Source: Penicillus capitatus (lineage: Eukaryota > Plantae > Chlorophyta). Taken from it: a stretch of DNA of 64,000 bases. Shown here in pieces: positions 1 to 12,388 of this stretch. Numbering within the stretch: the first letter of the stretch is position 1; every line of letters starts with the position of its first letter. The stretch covers positions 302,292 to 366,291 of the forward strand of contig OZ287707.1 of the NCBI GenBank assembly GCA_965649825.1, read 5' to 3'. The notes beneath the pieces are model-generated. The model was not told the origin of the DNA. It made no database searches and was given only the letters and a program-made list of their open reading frames with translations. A program made the translations under genes and the position numbers.

Positions 1-53
1 GGGCTAGAGATGTACGAGAAACTACTAGTATAGCAAGGTGCAATGAATCTTTC

Positions 54-3000
54 TTAATGATTCTGAACTGTTTCAGTTGCGTAAACGTTTTCTTCCAGTG
101 TGTTTTGTTCATTCTCTTGTCTGAGGTAGTACAACAATCCAGGGAACTTCTCTTCGAATTCTCTTCGCAAGAGCTTGACATATTGTTTAAGGACAATTCT
201 GTCCCATTTTCCAATTTCTTGAGAAAAGGTTGCATGCACGCAAAAGGTTGCTCTTTCACTTTTTTTGAGAGGGTCTATCGTGAAGGCTTTCAGTGCAAAG
301 AGAAGTAAAAGGCCGCCCTTGTATGCAGGTAAGGATTCAACCGTTGGAGGAATTACCTTCTCTGGTTCTATGTCGTTTATTGTCCTTTTGGCTGCCTCGC
401 ATACACCGGAGACTTCGTCAGAGCACCCGATTTCCAGCATCGGCAACAAGTAGCTTGCGATTTGCGGCGTCGCCTCTATGATGCTACCAATGGTCTTCAT
501 CGCTTTTTGGCGCACGTAGACATCTTTGTAGGCGCATAGACTCCACATCATCACCGATATGTCGTAGAATGTGTATGACTGCAACTCGAAGGATTTCCCG
601 GTGGCTTCCGGATTCTGGTGGGCATTGGAGCCTTCATTGCTCCACTCTTCCTCTAGCGTCGACAGCAAATCTTGCAATTGATACGACGCTTCACTTGCGT
701 TAGTCACTTTCCTCTTCATGCCCTCCACTACAGAGCTCCGTTCTATGTCGGTGTTTGTCAGTTTCAAACGCCACTCATTAATTCCATCATTGTGTTCTGG
801 ACAGCGCTCCGCAAGCTTCAGCACATCAAGGATTTTGACCTTTTCTCCTTTCTTTAGATTTCTCTCGCTTGCTAGGCTTTCCTTTACTCCTTCGACTAAA
901 GTATCACTGACTACTTTGGGAAATATTTCCAGGACATTAGAACACTGTTCAAACTTCTCAACCACGATTTGACGAAGTGGAGCGTCGTCAATAGTTCTCA
1001 TCGAAAGCTCGCGAGCTCTTTCAATCAGTTTTTTCGCTCCTTCGTCTTTCAATACTACTTCCAACTCGTCTTGAGTTCCCGCCTCTTCTATTCTTGCTTC
1101 GAGAACTCGCATTTTCACAAAAAGATGTTGTACCCCAAGAAGCTCGATAGGTTGTTCATCAAGTGTCGAAAACATACAGTTCAAGGCATCTTCTTTACAC
1201 GCTTTTGTTAATGCATGCATAGCGAAAGATATTGTCAACATATGCTTCTCTGTGTACTTTCCTCTTTGAATAAACTCTTCCACTTCTCTTTTTTTAGTCG
1301 CCGATTCTCCCAACATGCATTTCGCAATGTGTCTTCCAGCAAAGAATTCCTGAAATGTCTTGTGCCAGAATCGACACTCGCCACTTTCCAAGGTACGCAA
1401 AAGAAATCCACTTTGGCTTATAGCTTTAGAGTTCCATTGTGTGCATTCTTCAACGAGTTCTTCATCGATTTCTACTTGTCCGCTCATCAGGGCTTTAAAG
1501 GCGACCTCTTCTAAATCTTCAAAGAAGATTTTCTTGTGGACGTTTTTTGTTTGAGGGTTATTTTGGTATCCTTCCCAAACATAAGTTGCCATGTGGCCGA
1601 AAATCCGAAAGATACTCGCCTTTCTCCGCAAGCCGTCGATAACAGTCCCTCTTCGCTTTGATAGGGAACAAAGAACGTGCGCAGCAAGTGGAATGTGCAC
1701 TATCTTCCATAATTCCCGATTCTTAAGGAAGGATTGCGTCAGCTTCGAAGCGTCAACTTCATCCAGTTCTTTGCTTATGAAATTCTCCAATTGTCCGTCG
1801 TCAAACCCGAGACACTCGAATTGGATGTCTACTCTTTTTTTCATATGTTGTAAATTGTACGGTCGTGTCAATATCAGTAGTTTACATTCACTCTTCTCAA
1901 CCTCAGAAAGACGTTCTCTGGCGTCGTCATCGGCCTCTTCCAATCCGTCGAAGATAAACAATGTACTTGGTACGTTGAGATCATCTTTTACTTGAGTCCT
2001 TAACTCTTCAAATTCGGCATCGCTTCCCTTTTGTTCGAAACACGTGTTCGCGACCAATTCTTCAAGTGACTCTCCCCGTACTCCTTTTGCTTTAGCGATA
2101 TTTAACCGTCTAATCGGAATCACGTAGATGGCTTTAAACTCTTGCATCATTTCTCCCCGCGCCCATTTGTGTGCGATGACTTTGCCGATACACGTCTTTC
2201 CAGAACCAGGATTCCCGTAAAGAAGCACCTTTCGGATTTCGCTCTCGCCGGTGCCAGCTTCCAATGATCTTGGCCTAAACAAGTCTTTAATGCAAACGGG
2301 TGTTGGGATATTCTTCTTCTGTTCATGGTGTTCTTCCGGATTTTCGTCTCTTTCTTCGGTTCGTCTCTTTTCACTGAATTCCTTGTACATGACGACATGA
2401 TGTTCCATATTCTTTACGTGCTTACCAACTTCCCTTTCGAACAAGGGAGGCACCTTTAAAGCGAACACGTTCCGCATTCGATTGAATAAATAGAGTACTT
2501 ACTACTGCGAATTTGTCGTGCAGGTATTTCTCCTTGAGGTTTTCTACGTTATAACGAATTGTTGCAAGAGGAATATACCCAACATCTTTGCCAATACTAA
2601 CGAACATTTCTCTGCACTGTGGATTTGTCTCTTCTTGGCGTTGCATTTGAAGCTTAGCTTCCATGGTGTCATGACCCAACCACGTTGCCAGTGTTTCTCT
2701 GTCATGCTCTCGACAACAACGTTCCATTTCTCGAAGCGTTTCTGCCGTTTTTGGTTTGCATTCCCCTAGCACGTGGATCTCGTGCACAGCATCGAGGAGA
2801 GCAAGGAGGAGATCCGAATCGTCGCTCCAGCTGTCGAGAACAGCTGTGTTCGTCGCCAGCTCTAGTAGCTTCGTTGTTGCCACTTCACGGACTTCTGCAC
2901 AAGACGCTTGATTTGCTAGCATCGTTATTTCTTGGATTATCCCATATCTCAACGCTTTTTGCTCCTCTCCACGTTTTATTTTTCTTTGCCTTTCCATCAC

Positions 3001-4008
3001 TATCTCATACACCTTAAAGAAAAGCTCGATCTTTTCTGCTGATTTGAGAGCACGAAGCCTTGCTGCGATCAAACTTTGGAGTAAGTCATACCATTGCTTC
3101 TCTGACACTCCGCGTCTGGCAATGACATTTCGGATTTTCGTACATGCATCTTCAAATGCCTCGGGATTGATATCTAGGCGTACCAGGTCTTTGAGAAGAT
3201 GCAAGATGTGCGCTCCGCCGTAAAGTGCAGACAGGGCGTATCTTGCTGCCTGTGTGATGCGTGACGGAGCATTTTTAGTTTCCAGGCGTTCGACAGCTTG
3301 CTGGATGAGCCCGAAGTTAAATTGGACGGGGTAATGCTGCATGGATGACTTCATTTCTGTTTTCTTTTTAGCTATAACTTGGCGAAGTTTTTTCTTTTCA
3401 TCCTCAAGCAATCCAGAGCGGCCAATTTCATGCAAAACGTGCAAGACGTGGTGGATTGCGAGAAAGGCTGCTTCGTACTGGGAAAAGTTCTGTCTAGTGA
3501 GTCTGGACCTAAACGATAGAGTGGACACAAGGTCCGTGGCTAAATCCAGCAATTGGACAGGGTCTTCATGAACGGAAGATTCAACCCATGTGAGTGAACG
3601 GAATAGAGCCTTGGCAATGTTCTCGTGGAGTAACTCTCCTCTGCATTCGCGCAAACGGCAGTGAAAGGTGCCAATAAACTCTCTAAGGAGATGGTCGTCG
3701 TGACCACCACAAGGAACTATTTTTGCCAACTCTGAGTACTCGAAAACCGTCTCAGGTCTCGAGCATTCTTCACTTCGCGTGTTATATTGACGCAGCCACG
3801 GGAGGAGAACACCTCGTTCAGATTGGTCCGTCGTGGCGTTGTATGCTGCGACCAGCGACTTGGTACTGTCAATGTTGCGTTCCTTAGAAACGGCATGCAG
3901 AAGCCTTATGTCATTCAGGTCTTTGACATCCGAGTTGGGTGGACAAGGGCGGCTGCAAGATGGTTCTGCGACGGACGGTTCGTTGTTTGAAACTTGAGCC
4001 TGCATCAT
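54..4008 (-). CDS. NLR-like STAND NTPase: N-terminal Arm-like helical domain + NACHT + C-terminal HEAT-like repeats (~1,300 aa)
   Basis: ORFs 2422-4008 and 54-2477 join in frame through a 49-nt GT-AG intron (2502..2454; KFAV|VPPLF). Walker A LYGNPGSGKT (~2195-2220), Walker B LFIFDGLEE, LILTRP sensor, IVHIPLAAHVLC and FWHKTFQEFFAG NACHT-associated motifs, HEAT-like VYVRQKAMKTIGSI. A further intron just upstream (~4070-4020) means the true start may be farther 5'. Confidence 0.88.
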
Positions 4009-6050
4009 CGTTCGTGACCTACGTAACGTGAAATCATCGTTTGCAGTTACACCAAACGAGCAGATTTACTCACCGGTTCACAAAACTCGAGGAAGGGAAA
4101 ACGAGTCGCGCACCTCGTTAATATTAAATGCAAATTCAGCCGGTTGATGTGACGCATCCTGCCAGGAACAATCTCATTATAGACACAGTCTTTTCGCTGA
4201 CAACAGAGGTTGCCATTGTCGCATTTGAGCACTGCACCCGCTACAGAACCCCTCAGAAAAATTTTTGTCAATATCGCAGCCAAAAACGAACATCTACTAC
4301 ATGGATGAGGTTACTGGTTTCAGCTTGTAAACTCAGATGACCGCAAGCCGTATTCTCTGGGAATTGTCATTATGGACTTGACTGAACTAATACGGAAGAA
4401 AGTCGTCCATGCAGCATGTTCGAAAACCATTAAACTTGAAGCTTGACTTCAACGAAAACAGACAACCTCGAAGGATGGATGAGCGATGATAAGGGATCAG
4501 CTCATCATCAGGAATTATTCAGTATGTCGTCACACGCATCCATAAAATCGTTCAAGTCCTGGTGTCGTTGCAGAACGCACGCAGAACAGCTTCGCCTTTG
4601 CATGTCTTGATCTTGTTCAGACATGACATATACTCTGTGGTTTCGAGGCTTGGTGGCATTGGACTGTCAACAAGCAAGACGTTGCAGAACCCGCTTAAGA
4701 AGCGTCGCACCTGGCCGAACAATCACCACTCTATCAGCATGTCAAGAAAATCGCACGTTCTTTTAAAACTCAAAAGAGAAACACCATGTCGACACCTTAT
4801 CGTGTTCCGTCTGCTTTTTTGTTCGAATGATTGTCTCATCGTTCCGACACGTTTCCCTGTGCATTACCGATTTTTGTCAGATCATCTCCATGCAAAACAA
4901 CTCTTCTGGCTTTACTTCTAACTGAAGCTCGAGAGACCCGGTGTAAACGGGGTGAGAAACCTCTAAAATGTCGAAGGTTCGTAACCACCGAGGCTCAAAG
5001 TTCCCTCCACGAAATCATTTCTGAACACCCTGTCGTCGAAGTGCAGTAACTATGCCACCATCTTCTTCGCTAAGAGTGCCGCCGACCAGATGGGCTTGTC
5101 ACGACGTGAGATATACCATAGCAGAATGTCTTTGATGCTGTCCACCTTGCTCATCTAAACAACATCTTCCGTTAAATTCGGCGTTCATCGATCCGCTTGT
5201 CGCGGGGAGAGTCGAATGACAAGACAGCTTCTTTGTTCGTGGTAGGTTTGGTCGTCAGCGTCGCCGTCGTACAACGTGTCCATCGCTTCGCTCCTTGCAC
5301 GTGCATTTCCTCTTTCATCCACGTGCATCGTTTCCATCGTTCTCTTTCGCCGCTTTCCACAAATGCATTCTCCTGTTCGCGTACCATTTGGCCTACGCAG
5401 CTACGCCACAGACTCGGAGAGTGGTTCATGGCCAGGTTCCGACCTCTCCAGCTTGCCCTCCGTCAGCGACGATGACTCACTCTGCGGAGAGTTTCACTGC
5501 GAGTCCGACTTGACGGGCTTCGACGGAGGATCTATCGATTCAGCCACAACACCCAAAACAACGACCGTCGTTCCTCAGCGCCACATAAAGACGGAGGTGC
5601 CCATTCAACCCTCCAAAGAAAGCTGGAGCGAAATAGACGAGCGCGCTCGTCGCCAAGAACAGGCGAGACCCCATGCGAAGGTGGCGGGCGAACCGCCAGC
5701 ACGACATCAAATACGTCACAGCAAAAATACCAACCATCACCGCAGCAGAAGAAATGACCCCAGGTAAGGGCATTGTCTTCACCAATCGACAACTCCATGA
5801 AGCGTGCCATCGAAAAGGACGCCCAGTAACTCCGACAAGAGTGAGAACTGGAGATCGAAGCCTTCTCCCAAACGACGCCAGGACAGAAGACGCTCTGATA
5901 AGAGGTTGGAGCTAACTCATATTCCGTGAAGATGATGAGAAGTGTGATGTAGACGGCCAAGAATGGATCCGCCTCTCAAAGGAGCAGTGGTGCGTCCTTA
6001 TACCTTACCATCGGGTCCCATCACTGTGTTGCGCCGCCCAACGAGCGATG
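2760..6050. repeat. Segmental duplication copy A (NACHT 5' part + spacer + NB-ARC-TPR 5' part); paralogous to ~21470-24752
   Basis: Colinear same-orientation match, e.g. 5340-5910 nearly identical to 24050-24630; 4000-4090 matches 22705-22800, including the intron; homology stops at ...CCCAACG(A/G)GCGAT (~6050 / ~24752). Confidence 0.92.
5200..6050 (+). pseudogene. Truncated, frameshifted 5' copy of the NB-ARC-TPR gene
   Basis: Same sequence as 23900-24750 (RSYATDSESGSWPGSDLSS...) but lacks single bases at ~5559 and ~5750 relative to the open copy, and ends before the P-loop. Confidence 0.75.
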
Positions 6051-6688
6051 CACAGTGCACGGCAGATTCGGCCAATACTAAGCTACCCGGGACATCGGAA
6101 TTGGAGCATCTGGGATTTGTGGAGGATTTGACGGGGCATCTTCCTTCTCAAGAGGCCAAAGAAAACGATCGATCCACAACAACGCCATCTGGCAGCAACG
6201 CTCGAGTGGTGACGACACGTTTCGGTGAAGGCTTTCTGGTGGAGAATCCATCGACCACTAAATCTGACATCTCCGGCGGCACACAGACATTCAGAGGAAC
6301 GGAGATGAAGGTATGTTTGTGCGCATCGCTGTCAAGAGGAAAGAGAAGGGATGGGACTGATTGATTGACTGTGTAGGTTGCCCGTAATGCAGCAATGATG
6401 GCGATGGCGGGATTGAGTATGGGCAGCCGTGACGCTAAAGACAACGAATTGCGTCCCTGCGAATCTGCTGTCAGTGCAGAAACGTACGATCGTTCTCTGG
6501 GAGGATTCTACAAACGTCCTCAGCCAAAACGTCCTTCCAAGCGATCGAAGGAATCGCCGCCTATCAAGACTGGAATGTACAGCGATCGCCGTGGCTCTCG
6601 TGCACGGCCCAATGTCTTCATCGGAAGAAGACCGAAGTTGGAAACGCGTCACGTTCGCGAAGATGACTTCCTGGTTGGAGAGTAGGTG
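6050..6688 (+). CDS. Orphan 3' portion of an unidentified two-exon gene fused out of frame behind the truncated NLR copy
   Basis: Open frame ...TFRGTEMK, gtatgt...gtgtag intron (~6311-6376), then VARNAAMMAMAG...DDFLVGE*; no own start codon outside the duplicated segment. Confidence 0.4.
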
Positions 6689-7444
6689 ACGACGCAATGG
6701 GTTCATCTCAGGTCTCTGTCTTATTCTCATTTAACGGTTCATTCAATGCATGAGCTTGTTATTGGCTCTCTTTTTACCACTTTCAATCGATTCTGCTGGG
6801 ATAGAGATTGATTTTGGTTATTGCTTTATGAGGACGATATCAGCAGATAAGCAGACGGGTAAAAGAGAGTCCACTGCGAGATATCTGTTATCTTGATAAT
6901 CATGATAATGATGATGAAGCCCCAGCATTACACACGGACCGTAATCCTTGTCACCTCTCTGTCGGGAACAGGTCTCCCACGAGCACCTACCTTCCCATTT
7001 CCAATTACCTACCTACTCAACAAAACTTTAAGTTTAGACGGAAGCGAACCCTCTGTTCAAAGATAAGGGGCACGAATTCTGAGAGTCCTGTGAAGAGATG
7101 ATGCGTTCATTAGGATGTGTGACTGTCTGATTTCCTGTTAGCTGCAATCGTGAATATCAAGATCTCTGGAAAGCGCTCCAGAGACTGGGGCATGTCTGTG
7201 GGTGGCTTTTGTGGAGACATGTCATTTCTCTCACTCTCTGACAACACCAGAAAAAATCTGCAATGTTCATTCTGTGCCTTTGTGGCTGGAATCTGGATTC
7301 CCCCTCGAAACCTTGTCCTTGTTGTTGTTGTTGTCGCTGTGGAGCTCACCAGGGAAACCATTTCATTTGTCTGTATCCGAGATTTTAATGACGTGTCATT
7401 TAGCCGATTGCTGGTTTTGCAACGACGGATTGTCCGTTGTCGAA

Positions 7445-8483
7445 ATGCCTCGCAGCAGGAGAAGCAAACTAGGTACGTCGACACTGCGCCGCTCTCCACT
7501 AAGCACCTTTTCCCAGTGAGTCTCACCAAAACAAAGAAAAAAGGCCGCGAATGGAAGGACGACCTCATCGAACGCATCCGCCACGCCATATCCAGGTAGA
7601 ACCGTCTCTCCCTTTGCCCTGTCCGTTGACACTGTCGTAGCTACGAACGGATCCTCGTCTTTCGCATTCACAACATGCGCACGGCAAAGTTCCAGGAACT
7701 GCGCGATCAGCTACGTGCTACGACACGGTATCATCTCTAACACGCTAATGGGCTGGACGAACAGTGTGACAGATTCTTGGTCTCGGCCAAAAGAGTGACC
7801 CAAGTCGCCATGGGAAAGGACGAAACGAATGAATACACGCGTAATCTGCACCGTTTATCGCACATCCTCGAAGGAAACGTCGGTTTGATGTGCACCAACC
7901 TCTCCACTCCCGAAGTACATCTCAATGTGTGACATCGTGGATCGTGGCCAAATGCTTTGTTTTGTCAGGCAGTGGAGATTTTGGAGAATTTCACAACTGC
8001 CGATTTCGCCCGTGTGGGGGAAGAGGCTTCTGAAAATTTCTTCCTGAAACAGGGGCCTCTTGAGGGACCTTATGGACCGTTCCAACACACACTGGAACCC
8101 ACGTTTCGCAACTATGGATTACCGACGCGGCTGAACCGTGGAGCCATCGAGCTACTTCGAGACTGCGAAGTGCCTTCCTTCATCGCACTCGATGCAATTT
8201 CATCACATATGTGTCCTCAGGTGTGTCGTAAAGGACAAAAACTCGATGCCAATCAGGCCAATCTCCTGCGGCTGTTTGATAAGAAGATGTCACATTTCAG
8301 ATTGCATCCCATTGCGTGCTTCGATAAAGGTGGTGATCGAATGCGCAGCCGCTTATGGTTTTGTGTCACATTTCGAATGAGTGCGTTCGTTTGTGTGTTT
8401 GTGCAGAGACTTTGACGCTGTTGCCCAACTATAGACGCTGTGATTCTCCAGAGCATCGCGAAATGGAAGCGGAAGCGGCTTAG
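7445..8483 (+). CDS. MRT4: Ribosome assembly factor Mrt4 (uL10/P0-like)
   Basis: Spliced translation MPRSRRSKLVSLTKTKKKGRE...HNMRTAKFQELR...QVAMGK...GNVGLMCTNL...FARVG...LEPTFRNYGLPTRLNRGAIEL...CRKGQKLDANQANLLRLF, with canonical short introns. Confidence 0.95.
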
Positions 8484-8622
8484 AATCGATGAAGAGCAGA
8501 AGACGAAGGAAGCGAACTCGATCAATGTACTAATTGTTCGGTACGGCATCATTAATGCCATCGTATCTGCTTCTTAAACTGGCGAGAACATTTCCCGTTC
8601 GCTGTAATAAGCTTTGCGCTAA

Positions 8623-9254
8623 ATGGAAGGTCAAGATTGGAACACCGTCGTCATTCGAAAGAAAAAACCGACCGGGCAACAGGCCAAGTCGAGCAGCACC
8701 GTCAACCAAGTCTCTCACTCGCCCTTGCGCAAAACGCATCGCGACGCCGATTTGTTTAGGCTTTTCGAACGGGTCAGGCACAGACCGTAAAGAAACGTAA
8801 GCTCGCCTTAGCGAAACGGAGTACTATCAACGGTAAGCGTGTGTACGTACAGACAATGCCGGGTCGAATCGCATGTCGACGAGCGGGGCCGGGAAAAGTG
8901 CCGTGAAGCTCGAGAACGAAACCGATGAGCTGAGCCGTAATCGCACATGCCTTGTCGCTTTCTGTCCTATCATTCTTTTCCAGACGAAACGGTGAGCTCC
9001 GATTTGAAGAAGACCATTCAACAGGCACGCATCGCCAAGAAGCTGACACAATCGCAGTTGGCTCAGGTGAGCGCAGCAACTCCCTGAGATAAATGCGTCA
9101 AGGACATGTCGTTTAGGCTATTAACGAGAAGCTCCAGGTGGTGCAGGATTACGAGAGCGGTAGGGCGATACCGAACGGCCAGATCCTGAACAAGCTGTCG
9201 CGGGTGTTGGGCGTCTCTCTGTCGAACAGAGGGAAGCCGAAACCAAAGAAATGA
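8623..9254 (+). CDS. MBF1: Multiprotein bridging factor 1
   Basis: Spliced [14 protein letters not shown]...TVKKHNAGSN...[70 protein letters not shown]. Confidence 0.96.
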
Positions 9255-9287
9255 CATGGTGGATAACTGGCAATCGCATTGTGTGTT

Positions 9288-10026
9288 TCACATACTAGCC
9301 ATGTATACAGGCATGTCGACGATCATATTCAACTCCGCGTTCGCAAACACGCGTTCAAAGACTTCGTAACGGAGACCATCCTTGACATCTGCTTCCGTCA
9401 AGATCTTGTGAACGAGTGTGTCCATGTCTTCATCTGAGAGACAAGTGCCGCAGAGCTGCCGCAGGACGATCTGCAAATCGTCCCCCGATACGATTCCTAG
9501 AGAAGGTAAGTGAACATCGGTTGAGCATAAGAGTGAGCGATTGGACCGTCGCCGTCCACATCGAACAGCCGAAAGATGGACAAGGTTTTGACTTCGTGCG
9601 ATGCTTTGGAGGAGAAAGGCGTCAGCAATCGACAGAACTCCATGAAATTCACACCATCAAACACCCGAACCTGCACGTCTGTTCCTCTCCTGTCCGAGGA
9701 GAGCGGTCCTCACACGATACGTTGTGCCAAAGGGTTGATGGAAAGCTCAGGGATGTTCATGAATTCGTCTGCCGTGATGTATCCCTTTCTGCCTCGATCC
9801 AAAGTGCGAAAGCGACGGTAGAGGGCACTGATTTCGTCGTGTGAATCTGCACACAGTCATCGACGGTAGTTGCCGTCGCTGTCGAAGCTAGGCAGATTAC
9901 AGACGCCGCCACAATAGGCGCGGACTTCTTCGACGTCGTTTTGCGTCAGTCCATAGCTCATGACCTGATATACGTGATCCGCCGTGGCCGCGTTCGAGCG
10001 GTGGTGGAGAGACGCACTTGGCCCAT
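9288..10026 (-). CDS. Calcineurin B-like EF-hand protein
   Basis: MGQ|VMSYGLTQNDVEEVRAYC...ALYRRFRTLDRGRK...ITADEFMNIPELSINPLAQR...IFRLFDVDGD...LRQLCGTCLSDEDMDTLVHKIL; EF-hand motifs and an N-terminal MG. Confidence 0.88.
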
Positions 10027-10151
10027 ATGATAGCTTCGGAAGGTGATGTGACCCGTCATGTGAAAACGGTGATTTTATCAAAGGGACTGCTGAGCCAATT
10101 CCTAACGAATTCATCTTCGGCAACTGCATCCGCTTATCCGAGACAACAGCG

Positions 10152-11102
10152 ATGAGTCTCTTCGGGTAAGTCGTTCTCTCCGTCGCAACCGTCAGCGAGC
10201 TTCGCTTCTCTATCTGCACGAAAGACTGGTCGGTTATTGACGCGTGGACTGACTCCTTTTTCTTTCAGAAACGGAAAGACGTTTCGTCCGAAGCGCAGTA
10301 CTCCAGTCGGCAGCAAAGTGACATCCGCCGTTACGTGTTGTTTCCAACGCATGTTTTTCATTGGTGTAGGGTGTTCAACTAAAGCGCCACATAGATGCGA
10401 CATTAGGCAGTGGAAACCTGAAGGAAGCTGTCCGACTTCCTGTTGGCGAAAAAGTATGATGTGACAGGCAAGGTTTTGGTGTGATATGAGTGAGATGTGC
10501 AGGAGGATGAGTGGCTGGCTGTCAACACTGTTGATTTTTACAATGCCATTAGCGTGTTGTATGGCGCCTTAGAAGAATTTTGTACAGAAAAGACGTGTCC
10601 AGTGATGAAAGCTGGCCGAAAAGTGCGTCCATCTCGTACTCGTGCATCTGTCACGTCATACTCTCGATTGTCCAGTATGAATATTTGTGGGCCGACGGCG
10701 TTAAGTACAATAAACCGGTTCGACTGTCCGCTCCTCAGTACATGGAAAAACTCTTCGATTGGGTCGAAGCACAGGTCCTGTCCAACCTCTTCTCTCTGCC
10801 AAACCCCAAACCCACTCCTCTGTTTGTTTGTGCAGATGGACGATCCTCGCCTGTTCCCAACAGAACTGGGCCAAACATTTCCTCCAGGATTCAGAGAGGT
10901 CATCAGACGTATCTTCAAACGGCTCTTCCGAGTCTATGCCCACATCTACCACTCGCACTTCAGAAGCATCGTGGCGTTGAATGTGGAGGCACATCTGAAC
11001 ACCTGTTTCAAACACTTCATTTACTTCACCAAACAGTTTGGACTGATCGACGAGAAGGAATTGGCTCCACTGAAAGAACTGATTGCACAATTTATCCACT
11101 AG
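10152..11102 (+). CDS. MOB1: MOB kinase activator 1
   Basis: KTFRPKRSTPVGSK...ATLGSGNLKEAVRLP...EWLAVNTVDFYN...YEYLWADG...SAPQYM...IFKRLFRVYAHIYHSHF...EAHLNTCFKHF. Confidence 0.97.
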
Positions 11103-11439
11103 ATGACCGCGACTGGATGGGTGGTGATGTAGAAGTCTGTCAGACCATGTGCGGCTGTCGTCTCGTTATCAAAGGCCCCACAGAGGACATAACTATGAGT
11201 AAAAAATAAGGGCCTTGAAAATTCTCTTGCATGCAGGCACAACATGTGTGCCGAGAGATTCATTTTCTAGACCAATGCATCACTTCTCCCTTTCCGTAGC
11301 AATCGGAACTGTCTGATTGTCGAACCATCCCTCTTTAATCTTCCCATTCACAACATTGTGTGACGCCCTGCTCTATATGTTGTCTCATGAGGTGTTGTTG
11401 TTCAAGGCACGTTTGATGTGAGATCTCTGTTAACAAAAT

Positions 11440-12093
11440 GGGACCATTCTGTTTCAAACGCCATCGTCGAATGCTGCATCTCAGTCGATGCCCTCCACCA
11501 AACATACCACCACACTTCTCGCGCCGCCTCTTCGCCATTCTCGTCAACTTTAACGTGGATCCCAATGCGCTCTACGAAGAGACTGTCTTTGTACGGCGTA
11601 AGCTTCAGAAAGCTGTGGAAGAGACCAAGTTCATAGGACAGCGAGCGCGTCTGGACGCTGCACACGAAGCTCAGGAAGACATGCCGTTTCAACTCTTTCG
11701 TCTAAAATACGAGGTGCTGAGCAAACGCAAACTCGATCGAGCGTTCTTGGCCTACGAGCAACTCGAACAACGTCTCATGCTGCCCAAACATGTTCCAAGG
11801 GTGGACACCGATGCTCACCACATCTCCCATCTCATCTAAAGTCCTTCTGATCGCAGGACCTCAGAGAGTTCTATTTAGAGAAGGGCCGGTTTGATAACGC
11901 GCACGTGCGTCAAGTCATGAACATGTTGACGAGCTGCTGCTCGGATTTCCAAGAGGTGGTGATGCAGACGTGGATGTGGCGGGAGCGGCTGCATCGAGAT
12001 ATCTCTATGAACAGACGTTTCTTGGAGAAGCATGGAATCGATGTAATGGATATCGAATGGAATGAGGTGTTGCATTGGGGATACACAGAATGA
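11440..12093 (+). CDS. Hypothetical protein (start uncertain)
   Basis: Two protein-like exons (LFAILVNFNVDPNALYEE...; DLREFYLEKGRFDNAHVRQ...WGYTE*) separated by a short GT-AG intron; family not recognised. Confidence 0.55.
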
Positions 12094-12388
12094 GAGCAAT
12101 CTCAAACGTCACCCATCCAGTCGGATCTAACAGAACGGAGGGAAACGCGCAAAGAAGGATGACACTGGGATCGTCCGTCGACACAGCCAAGCCGTACAAA
12201 ACCATCTCCTATCGCAGTTTCGCGGCAGCTTCGCCTTTTGGACGGACGCGATGCCAAGCGTTGGATTTTCAGACATGTTCACAGAGTGACGTTGAATGGT
12301 GACTGTAGTAAACATTTGAATGCGTCGGTGGGCGGGAGGGAGGACACAACAGAACGTTGAGATGCAGCAGTCCCATCATTTAGCAATG

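Noticed and set aside
6377-6430. TAF4-like C-terminal motif in VARNAAMMAMAG
   Set aside because: Too short and compositionally simple to support a family call.
6895-7135. C/D-box snoRNA (ATGATGA and CTGA motifs)
   Set aside because: Box spacing is wrong, and no terminal stem or recognisable rRNA antisense guide was seen.
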